Positions 29,432 to 37,258 of a stretch of 37,258 bases of DNA are shown in pieces. This stretch comes from Myxococcota bacterium (GTDB lineage Bacteria > Myxococcota > JACRCW01): assembly GCA_040752415.1 (NCBI GenBank), contig JBFMGU010000093.1:1-37258 (forward strand), in the 5' to 3' direction. The notes below the pieces were generated by a model, which saw only the letters and a list, made by a program, of their open reading frames with translations, was not told where the DNA came from and searched no databases. The first letter of the stretch is position 1; each line of letters starts with the position of its first letter. Both the position numbers and the translations under genes were made by a program.

Positions 29432-31651
29432 CTAGAGGGCCTGGGAGAGTGTGAAGACGGCTTGGGCGCCCACCGCCGGCACATCCGCACCGGCAAAACC
29501 AGGCTCCGACCACCGTCGATTCAAGACGTTGCTGAACCGCGCGGCCACGCGCGTTTCCCGGTCTCCAAACAGCTTGCGAGCCCAGGAGAGCGAGGCCCCC
29601 GTGTACGCGTACCCCGGGAGCCGGTACGGCGCGCCCTTTTCCAGGGCATTGGACTGCGACGCGTCACGGTCGCTGATGTACGAGACCTCCAGCGACGAGC
29701 GAAGACTCAAGATGAAGACGTGGTAGTCCAGGATGAGGTGGCACTGCAGCGGCGGGAAGAGCTGGTTGGTCACCGTCGTGGCAAGCGGGCCGCCCACGGG
29801 GCCGTTCTCCTCGCTCTTCTGCCACACCGTCCGCGCCAGTCCCGTCATGAACCGCAGGTGGAGCGGCCGCGCCAGCACCACCCGGCTGGCAAGCTCCCCG
29901 CCCACCACCAGCTCCGTGACGACGTTGGTGGCCCGCTGGAACAACCCGCTCTGCCGGAACTCCACGCGACCGCTGATGTTGGTGGCAAAGAGGTTGACCG
30001 AGATCTCACCGCGCTCGTCGGGGAGACTGGTTCCCGCTGCCGCCTCCACGGTGTGCGCGGTCTGGGGTTTCAGGTCCGGGTTGCCGCGCACGTCCCCGGC
30101 GCCAATGGGGTGCGCGTACAGCTGGCTGGCGCTGGGGGCCTTGTAGCTGGAGCCGTAGAGCAGCTTCAGGCTGATGGGCCGGTGCAACGGCGCGTACACC
30201 AGGCCCGCGCGGGTGCTCAGGTTGGCGCCATAGATGTTGTGGTAGTCCAGGCGCACGCCCACCACCGCGGAGAAGTCCTGCTTGAGCGTGGCCAGGCCCT
30301 GGCCGTAGACCCCCAGGTTCTGCAGGCGCTTGCGTTGCCCCAGGCCCTCGCCGGGAAGCCGGGTCCCCGCCCGGGTCACCACCGTCCCGTTCGGGGCCAA
30401 CACGTCCTCGGTGTACAGCTGCTCGTACGCGGGCAGGAGGTGATCCTCGTCCTGGTAGTCCGCGCCAAAGGTCACCGTGTGGTCCGCGCCCAGCGTCACC
30501 TTGCCCTCTCCCTGGGCGCCCCAGCCATCCACCCCCACGCTGCGCTTGAGCACGGAGCCCCGTTGACCCACGTCCAGCTGGTCGTCGGGCGTGGGCCGCG
30601 CGGACAGGTAGAACACCGACGCGGTGAACCCCAGGTTCTGCGTCAGCTGCTTCTCGTAGATGAGCCGCAGGTTCTGGTTCAGCAGGGAGATTCGTGTGCC
30701 GTGCGTGAGCAGGCCCGCCGTCTGGAACTCACCCACCGCATCCAGGTTCTGGACAATGGCCACCGCGGTCACCGTCCCGGCGGCGCCGCCCACGGACACC
30801 TTGCTGAAGAAGGTCTTGGGCCGGGCCAGGTCGTCCTGGGAGGCGCCTCGCGCGGGCACCGGGCTGGCAGGCCTGAGCAGCACCGGGCTTGACGCGGGAA
30901 GGTCCAATCCGGAGCGATCCCATTGCATCAGTTTGGCGGACACCACGCCGCTGATGTGCTCCTCGCCGCCCGACAACGTGACGCCGGCGCCCGCCCCCGG
31001 CTTGCCGCGCACCAGCATGCCGTGCCCCACCAGCTCCACCCCCGGCGCGCCCCGGCCGCACCTGGTCACGATGTTGACCACGCCCAGGTAGGCATTGGCG
31101 CCGTACAGCGCGGAAGCCGGTCCGCGGATGATCTCGATCCGCTCCACCACCTCCATCGGGATCAGCTCCTCCCCGAAGAAGTTCTCCGTCGTGGGGCGGT
31201 AGTCCACGGGGTGGTTGTCGATCATGAGCTTGATGACGCTGCCGCCCGCGTTGCGCCCGCCGTTGATGCCGCGCACGCCCACGTTGTGGCTCACCAGGTC
31301 GTACACGTCATAGAAGCCGGGCACGGTGCGCAGCACGTCGGCCAGGGAGGTGTAGCCGCGGTCGCGGATCTCGTCCGCGGTCACCACCGTCACCACGGCG
31401 GGCGCGGAGGCTCCACGCTGGCTGGTCTTCGTCGAGGAATAGATCTCCACGTCCAGCAGCGATTCCAGATCCAGGACGGCCAATTCCTCGACGGCCTGCT
31501 CCCCCGGCGGTGCGGAAGGGACCGCCAGGCACCGCTCCTGCGCACGCGCGGGTGCGGACTGGAATGCCCACGCGGCAGCCAGGAGCAGTGCCGCGTGCCG
31601 CAGCCACCGCCCAGCGTCCCCCACCCCAGGGCTCTTCGCGCGCTCGTGCAT
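29432..31651 (-). CDS. TonB-dependent receptor
   Basis: Plug motifs APAVVTVVTADEI..LADVLRTVPG and IEIIRGPASALYGANAYLGVVNIVT; barrel motifs YKAPS, GNPDLKPQ, NVLNRRW; GGAG RBS before ATG 31651. Confidence 0.95.
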   Translation of the reverse strand: MHERAKSPGVGDAGRWLRHAALLLAAAWAFQSAPARAQERCLAVPSAPPGEQAVEELAVLDLESLLDVEIYSSTKTSQRGASAPAVVTVVTADEIRDRGYTSLADVLRTVPGFYDVYDLVSHNVGVRGINGGRNAGGSVIKLMIDNHPVDYRPTTENFFGEELIPMEVVERIEIIRGPASALYGANAYLGVVNIVTRCGRGAPGVELVGHGMLVRGKPGAGAGVTLSGGEEHISGVVSAKLMQWDRSGLDLPASSPVLLRPASPVPARGASQDDLARPKTFFSKVSVGGAAGTVTAVAIVQNLDAVGEFQTAGLLTHGTRISLLNQNLRLIYEKQLTQNLGFTASVFYLSARPTPDDQLDVGQRGSVLKRSVGVDGWGAQGEGKVTLGADHTVTFGADYQDEDHLLPAYEQLYTEDVLAPNGTVVTRAGTRLPGEGLGQRKRLQNLGVYGQGLATLKQDFSAVVGVRLDYHNIYGANLSTRAGLVYAPLHRPISLKLLYGSSYKAPSASQLYAHPIGAGDVRGNPDLKPQTAHTVEAAAGTSLPDERGEISVNLFATNISGRVEFRQSGLFQRATNVVTELVVGGELASRVVLARPLHLRFMTGLARTVWQKSEENGPVGGPLATTVTNQLFPPLQCHLILDYHVFILSLRSSLEVSYISDRDASQSNALEKGAPYRLPGYAYTGASLSWARKLFGDRETRVAARFSNVLNRRWSEPGFAGADVPAVGAQAVFTLSQAL

Positions 31652-32178
31652 GAAATCAGCTCCGGACCGGCGCAAGGCCGGCGACCGCTGGCGCATGTTG
31701 CCCTATCACACGTCGCTTCGAGTTCGAACACCGCAGCGCGCAGGTGCGGGACAATTTCACGTCGCGCGCGGGACGCGCCGGATCCTGCCGTGCGCCAACC
31801 GGTGAGCAGGGATCCCATGAAACGTTTGCGGATGGCTGCCCTCCAGAACCACCCACACGTCGTGGACCGGGCAACCGGGGACCGCGCGCCGCCCCGCCGT
31901 TGCCTCGTGGGTCACGTTCCGTTGCACGCCGGTTCCAGGGAAACCCCAAACGTGGGCATGCCACCGAACGCAGCGTCGACGTGGGGCGTCAACCAGCGCT
32001 GATGGGAGGCGCGCACCGCGCACGCACCGGCGTTCGCGCGGGTTCACGAGACCTGGGTTGGAGGGAGCCACCTACCCGACGAGGGGTTCCGGAGGGGCTG
32101 ATGCCACCGCTCCGGACACCCGCTCTCAGCGTGGCTTGGGGTGGGCCGACGTCCCTGGACGCCGCCGCTTGGCGCGCG

Positions 32179-33417
32179 TCAGGGATTGTAGTCGTTGCGC
32201 AGGCAGGTGACCGTGCCGTTCTGGACTTCCCAGATGCAGTACGGTCCCACCACGTCGCCCTTGTCGTCGAAGTCGACGGCACCGGAGGCACCCTCGAAGT
32301 CGATGTCCTGCCCGGCCTTGATCGCGTCGAGCGCCTGGCTGAACTGCGAGGGCGTGAACTTCTCACCCGGGGGACCGGAAACGGCCGCCAGCTTGTCGCG
32401 GATCGCCGTGGAGTCGGTGGAGCCCGCCGCGGCCATGGCCAGCACGCCCAGGTACACCGCGTCATAGGCCTGGATGGCTCCCGTCGATCCCGGCAGCGGA
32501 TCCACGCCGTGCTTGGCCTTGAAGGCGTCATTGAAGGCGGTGGCGTTGGAGCCCACGGGCGTGGCCGGCGTGGTTCCCTCATGACGGAGGCCCACGAACC
32601 GCTGCGCCTCCACCAGGTCCACGAAGTCCTGGCCCGCGCATCCGTCGGTCAGGTACCAGAACTTGCCGGTGGCGGAGTAGTTGTCGACGTACGCGCGCAG
32701 GATCTTCGCGCCGGTCACCGCGTAGGCAATCAGGACGATGGTGTCGGGGTCGTCCGTGAGCACGGAGTTGACCAGCGCGGTGTAGTCCGTCCCCTCGTCT
32801 TCCGAGTACGCCACGGACTGGGTGATGGTCCCGCCCAGCGCGGTGAACGCCTCACGGAACGTCGCCGAGAGTCCCTCACCGTAGGCGTGCGGCGCGTAGA
32901 TCACCGCGGCGGTGCGGAAGCCCTTGTCGTTGTAGGCGCGCTGCGCAACCACCTTCCCCTGGAGCGCGTCCGAGGGGATGGTGCGGAAGAAGTAGCCCTC
33001 GTCGGCAAACGTGGTGAGTGCCGGTGACGTGGGCCACCCGGCAATCATGGTCAGCTTCCGGGAGGCGGCAACCTCCGCGCCCGCAAGGCTCAGCTTGCTC
33101 GCTGTGGGCCCGACGATGAACGGGACCTTCGCGTCCGCGAGATCGTTCGCGTGCTTCTTCACCTTCTCGGTGTCCCAGCCCGGATCCCGGTTGTCCAGGA
33201 CCAGCTTGGAGTCCAGGACCTTGCCCGCGGCGTTGATCTGCTCAAATGCCAACTGCACGGCGCGGAGCTCCTCGGTACCGGTCTCCGCAACGTCGCCGGT
33301 GAGGTCCAGGATGGCTCCGATGGTGATGGTCTTCTCGGTGTTCTCCGGCGCCCCCGTGCAGGAAACCGCCACCAGGCCCACCACGCCAAAAGACAACCAC
33401 GCTGCTTTCCTTGTCAT
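32179..33417 (-). CDS. Branched-chain-amino-acid-type (LivJ/K-like) ABC substrate-binding lipoprotein
   Basis: VAVSC lipobox, IGAILDLTG, IVGPTAS, YFFRTIPSDALQG, AYDAVYL, FEGASGAVDFD. Confidence 0.92.
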   Translation of the reverse strand: MTRKAAWLSFGVVGLVAVSCTGAPENTEKTITIGAILDLTGDVAETGTEELRAVQLAFEQINAAGKVLDSKLVLDNRDPGWDTEKVKKHANDLADAKVPFIVGPTASKLSLAGAEVAASRKLTMIAGWPTSPALTTFADEGYFFRTIPSDALQGKVVAQRAYNDKGFRTAAVIYAPHAYGEGLSATFREAFTALGGTITQSVAYSEDEGTDYTALVNSVLTDDPDTIVLIAYAVTGAKILRAYVDNYSATGKFWYLTDGCAGQDFVDLVEAQRFVGLRHEGTTPATPVGSNATAFNDAFKAKHGVDPLPGSTGAIQAYDAVYLGVLAMAAAGSTDSTAIRDKLAAVSGPPGEKFTPSQFSQALDAIKAGQDIDFEGASGAVDFDDKGDVVGPYCIWEVQNGTVTCLRNDYNP

Positions 33418-33533
33418 TGCTTCCCCTCTCCCTTCTGAATCTGGCTGAGCGCTTGGTGCTCGGGCCCCGTGTGAAGGAGTTGGGGCCAGGCGTCGGTGCA
33501 GACGTTGCGAGCACTCGTGCGCAGGAGCACTGC

Positions 33534-33562
33534 GAATAACGTGTTGGTTTTCTCCGTGTCAA
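33534..33562 (-). promoter_or_regulatory. Possible sigma70 promoter (TTGACA-N17-TTATTC) for the SBP gene
   Basis: Perfect -35 hexamer in an AT-richer patch of the divergent intergenic region; -10 is weak. Confidence 0.3.
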
Positions 33563-33746
33563 TTTGCGGTGGAGTGCGTTTGCGGAGGTCTTCATCACAC
33601 CCCATCTGCGCTTGCGCCTGAGGTCTGGCGGCTCGGTGATGCACGCGTGTGTGTCGCGAACAACGAAACTTGCGCGCTGCGCAGCGGGCATTTCACACTC
33701 CCGCACCATGGCGTGGCTGCCCTGTCCCGCGCGCGCGAGGTGGTGA

Positions 33747-34184
33747 ATGTCCAAAGCGTTGCTGCCGCTCCGGCGGGCGGGTCAGTGGATGGTGGTGGAA
33801 GCGGAGCAGGTTCAGGACATCCTGGGGGTGGTCACGTGGGTTCCCATCCCGGGCGCACCGTCGGCGCTCCCCGGCGTGTTGCCCTGGCGCGGGCGCGCCA
33901 TTGCGGTGCTGGACGTGGGCGCCGCAACCGGCGCGTTTGCCGCGCTGGCCGCCAACGCGCCCGCCGCCCGCAACGTGGTGGTCCACGCCGCCAACGTGAC
34001 CGTGGCCATTCCCGTCGAGGCGGTGCAGGAGGTCCAGCAGGTTTCCGACGACGCGGTGACGCCGCGCCAGCTCACCACCATGCAGCATTGCTCCCGCGAG
34101 GTTCAGGTGCAGGGCGTGCCCATGCCGTTGTTGGACCTCGGTGCGCTGCTGTCCTCGCTGGTGGGGCGCGGGGAGGGGGCGTGA
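33747..34184 (+). CDS. cheW: CheW-like protein
   Basis: VPIPGAPSALPGVLPWRGRAIAVLDV, VAIPVEAV, PLLDLGALL. Confidence 0.85.
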   Translation: MSKALLPLRRAGQWMVVEAEQVQDILGVVTWVPIPGAPSALPGVLPWRGRAIAVLDVGAATGAFAALAANAPAARNVVVHAANVTVAIPVEAVQEVQQVSDDAVTPRQLTTMQHCSREVQVQGVPMPLLDLGALLSSLVGRGEGA

Positions 34185-34615
34185 TGGTTGCGACGCCTGG
34201 TCCAGGCGCGGCGGGACCCCGCACGTTGGCGGTGGTGCAGGAGGATCTGCCCTGGGCCGTGGATGCGGCGCAGGTGTTGCGCGTGGTGTCGCGTGCGTTG
34301 TGGGACGGGGAGACGCCACGCTCCCTGTCCGAGCTGCTGGGGTTGTCCCCTGCCACGTCAGGTGACCTCGCAGTTGCGCCCCGGGTCATGGCGCTGCGCG
34401 CGGCGGAAGCGGTGGTGGCGCTGGCCCTGCACGGCGACGTCACGGTGTGGGAGGCGGCGCCGGCCGACGTGCTGCCGCTCCCGGCGGAGTTGTGCACGGA
34501 CGCGGTGATCTTCTCCGCGCTGTGCCTCCGGGGCTCCGCGCCCCCCGCGCTCCTGCTGGACCCGGAGCGTGCGGCGCGCCGGGCGGCCCGGGAGCATCCC
34601 CGCTCCGGCTTGTGA
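34184..34615 (+). CDS. Divergent CheW-like protein, ~143 aa
   Basis: GTGATG overlap with cheW; WAVDAAQVLRV, DVLPLP and LLLDPER CheW-like patterns. Confidence 0.6.
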   Translation: MVATPGPGAAGPRTLAVVQEDLPWAVDAAQVLRVVSRALWDGETPRSLSELLGLSPATSGDLAVAPRVMALRAAEAVVALALHGDVTVWEAAPADVLPLPAELCTDAVIFSALCLRGSAPPALLLDPERAARRAAREHPRSGL

Positions 34616-34667
34616 TCACGCAGTGGACAGGCTTGACGGAGGCGCGGCGTTGTTTGAGGGTCGGGGT

Positions 34668-35300
34668 GTGAATGCACGCAGATTTCCGCGCGTCCGCCCC
34701 GCTCACCGGGCGTGCGCGGCGCGTTGGCAACGTGCGCGGCTGGCCGTCTGTTTGGCCTTGCTGCTGGCCCTTCCTGCGTCGTGGGCGTGGGCGTCCGAGG
34801 TCCCGCCCCAATACCAGGCCGTGCTCTTCCTCAAGGCGCTTGCCTATGATCAGAACCTCAAGGCGCGCGCTCCCAAGACGGTGAACGTCGTCGTGCTGCA
34901 CCGGCCGGGCGCGCCAGACTCCGAGGCGGCCAGCACCGCGCTCATCGCTGCGATGATTGCCGCGGGCAAACAGTCCGGCGTGGGTGGAACGCCGCTGCAG
35001 GTGACGGCGCTGCCCTTCACCAACGCGGCCGCGCTGGAGAGCAGCCTGGTCTCATTGGGGGCCCACGCGCTGTTCCTGTGCCCCGGGCTCACCGACGCGG
35101 TCCCCGCCATCACCGCGGTGGCGCGACGGCGCGGCGTGCTCTCCGGCGGTGGCAGTGAAGCGTACGCGCGCGCCGGCGTCAGCATTGGTCTTGGCCTCAA
35201 GGACCAGAAAGCGGTTCTCTTTGTGAATCTTGCTGCTTCGCGCGCGGAGGGGGCCAAGCTGGACTCCAGCCTGTTGCGCGTGGCCCAGGTGATCAATTGA
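34668..35300 (+). CDS. YfiR/HmsC (DUF4154)-like periplasmic protein
   Basis: Signal peptide; AVLFLKALAYD, HALFLC, GVSIGL, LFVNLAASRAEGAKLDSSLLRVAQVI; start GTG 34668 is tentative. Confidence 0.85.
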   Translation: MNARRFPRVRPAHRACAARWQRARLAVCLALLLALPASWAWASEVPPQYQAVLFLKALAYDQNLKARAPKTVNVVVLHRPGAPDSEAASTALIAAMIAAGKQSGVGGTPLQVTALPFTNAAALESSLVSLGAHALFLCPGLTDAVPAITAVARRRGVLSGGGSEAYARAGVSIGLGLKDQKAVLFVNLAASRAEGAKLDSSLLRVAQVIN

Positions 35301-36865
35301 TCGAAACCGTCGGACCCACCACTCGCGTCAGCCAGCTCTCACTCCGGACCAGGTTGGTGGTGGTCATGACCACCCTGGTGGCGGGGTTCGCCCTCTTCCT
35401 GGTGCTGTTCTTCCCCGCCCGCATGGAGGAGTTCTCCCGGCGCTGGGTGGAGCGACGCGCCGTGGGCGTGGCCAGCGTGCTTGCCACCGTGGCCGCCACC
35501 GCGCTGGAGTTTGACGACGCCAACAGCGTCAATGAGCTGCTCGGCGGCTTGGCCACCTCGGAAGTGCTGTACGCCGTGGTGCGCAAGGACGACGGCACCA
35601 CCTTTGCCGGGTTCCGCAAGGAGCGCGCACCCGCCACGGTGGCCACGCCAGGCGTCGAGCCCACGCTGACCTACAGCAACGACGAGCTGCGCCTGGACGC
35701 GCGCCTCAAGGCCAAGGGCGGCGCCACCGGGACGTTGACCATCGGCTACTCGCTGGCCGAGCTGAACCGCGAGGTGGCGGCCAATCGCGCCGTGGTGGGC
35801 GGGGCGTCGTTGGTGGTGTTCCTCATCGGCCTGCTGGTGAGCTTCCTGGTGGGCACGCTGCTCATCCGGCCCATCCAGCACATGACGCAGGTGGCGCTGC
35901 GGATTGCCGCCGGCGACCTCTCCCAGACGGAGCTGACCCAGTATGGCGGCGACGAGGCAGGCCAGCTGGCGGCGGCGTTCAATCGCATGCTGCACGCGCT
36001 GCGACAGCTGGCCGCTGCGGCGGACCGCATGGCGCGCGGGGACCTCAGCGGGCGGCTGGACATGGAGGGCCAGGTGGCGGAGGCCTTCAACCGCATGCTC
36101 GACGCGCAGCGCAGCGTGGTCAGCGAGATCTCCAGCACCTCGGTGCAGCTGGCGGCGGCGGCGGCGCAGATCTTCGCCGCGGCGCAGGACCAGGAGGGTG
36201 CGGCCACGCGGCAGTCGGCGGGCGTGGAGGAGGTGAGCCAGACCATGCAGTCCCTGCTGCAGAGCGCGGCGCACATTGCGGAGAGCGCGCGCGGCGTGCT
36301 GCAGAACGCGGAGCGCAGCAAGGAGACCACCGAGGCCACCTCCGCCAAGATCGGGGAGCTCAGTGGGCACACCAACCGCATTGCCGAGCTGCTGGACGTG
36401 ATTCGCGACATCGCCGACCGCAGCGACCTGCTGGCCCTCAATGCCTCGCTGGAGGCCACGCGCGCCGGGGAGGCGGGGCGGGCCTTTGCGCTGGTGGCCG
36501 GGGAGATGCGCCGCCTGGCCGAGCGCGTCACCGCCACGGTGGGCGACGTGAAGTCGCTGGTCTCCGACATCCGTGCTTCCGGCGCCGCCACCGTGATGAC
36601 CACCGAGGAGGCGCGCAAGCTGGCCGACAGCACCACCGAGAGCGCGCGCCAGATCACGCTGGTGACGCAGCAGCAGCGCACCGGTACCGAGCAGGTCTCG
36701 CACAGCATGCGTGAGATCTCGGTGCTCCTGGGCCAGTACGCGTCGGGGACGCAGCAGACGCGCTCTCTGGCTGAGGGGCTGAAGTCCCAGGCGGAGAAGC
36801 TGGAGCACGTGGTTGGGAAGTACGCGCTCGGCGTCCGGCCGGGGGGCGCGCGTGAGTCGTCGTGA
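35297..36865 (+). CDS. Methyl-accepting chemotaxis protein with CHASE8/YfiN-like periplasmic domain and HAMPs
   Basis: 2 TM; ALEFDD..V.ELL..L sensor pattern; two HAMPs; IADRSDLLALNASLEATRAGEAGRAFALVAGEMRRLAER signalling hairpin. Confidence 0.95.
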   Translation: MIETVGPTTRVSQLSLRTRLVVVMTTLVAGFALFLVLFFPARMEEFSRRWVERRAVGVASVLATVAATALEFDDANSVNELLGGLATSEVLYAVVRKDDGTTFAGFRKERAPATVATPGVEPTLTYSNDELRLDARLKAKGGATGTLTIGYSLAELNREVAANRAVVGGASLVVFLIGLLVSFLVGTLLIRPIQHMTQVALRIAAGDLSQTELTQYGGDEAGQLAAAFNRMLHALRQLAAAADRMARGDLSGRLDMEGQVAEAFNRMLDAQRSVVSEISSTSVQLAAAAAQIFAAAQDQEGAATRQSAGVEEVSQTMQSLLQSAAHIAESARGVLQNAERSKETTEATSAKIGELSGHTNRIAELLDVIRDIADRSDLLALNASLEATRAGEAGRAFALVAGEMRRLAERVTATVGDVKSLVSDIRASGAATVMTTEEARKLADSTTESARQITLVTQQQRTGTEQVSHSMREISVLLGQYASGTQQTRSLAEGLKSQAEKLEHVVGKYALGVRPGGARESS

Positions 36866-37258
36866 GGCGCTGATTGGCCGGTTCCGCGCCACCGCGCTGG
36901 AGCGGGTGCGCAAGATCACCTCGGCGCTGGTGGCGCTGGAGGAGGGCCAGGGCACGGCGGCGCAGGCCCAGGAAGTGGGACGCGAGCTGCACACCATCAA
37001 GGGCGAGGCGCGCATGCTGGGCTTTGCGCGGCTGGCCGAGGTGGTGCACGCCATGGAGACGCTCTTCCTGCCCGCCAAGGACGGGGAGGGCCAGGTGGCC
37101 CCGCAGGTCTGCGCGCGGGTCCGGCGCGGGCTGGAGGGCGTGGGCCGCGCCCTGCGCGACGAGAACGCCGACGAGGCGCTTGCGCAGGCGATGCAGCACG
37201 TGGCCGGGGAGGCCGAGGCCGGGCCCGTCCCGTCGACGTCCACGCCCACCCCGGAGCA
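36852..37258 (+). CDS. cheA: CheA-like kinase, N-terminal Hpt domain (partial, not in the ORF track)
   Basis: GTG 36852: SRREALIGRFRATALERV...RELHTIKGEARMLGF..L.EVVHAME (Hpt His box); open to the window end. Confidence 0.88.
   Translation, partial: MSRREALIGRFRATALERVRKITSALVALEEGQGTAAQAQEVGRELHTIKGEARMLGFARLAEVVHAMETLFLPAKDGEGQVAPQVCARVRRGLEGVGRALRDENADEALAQAMQHVAGEAEAGPVPSTSTPTPE

Overview
A high-GC, gene-dense bacterial chromosomal window. Gene content (TIGR02266-type PilZ, PEGA protein, Cys-rich vWA-like lipoprotein, FHA-GAF-HD-GYP, Hpt-CheA cluster) suggests Myxococcota or a related deltaproteobacterium; this is an inference. In order: ~1 kb of non-coding DNA tiled by three long inverted-repeat elements; an acyl-CoA dehydrogenase; a vWA-like lipoprotein; a PilZ gene coupled to an exported UshA-like/tetraheme cytochrome c gene; rpsA; a mosaic patch (DoxX, a decayed copy of the neighbouring ATP-grasp gene, VOC protein, B12-radical SAM, truncated sugar transferase); ATP-grasp plus GT-C-like membrane protein; acyl-CoA dehydrogenase plus HAMP adenylate cyclase; malQ-treS/maltokinase; FHA-GAF-HD-GYP; lipoproteins and a REP doublet; then PEGA, TonB-dependent receptor and ABC substrate-binding genes divergent from a cheW-cheW-yfiR-MCP-cheA operon cut by the window end. 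Best hidden signal: the UshA-like cytochrome most likely starts at 5715 and reads through an in-frame UGA (C-G-U motif, codon 42) followed by a SECIS-like hairpin, making it a selenoprotein that the ORF track truncates. All calls come from motif reading by eye; no searches were run.
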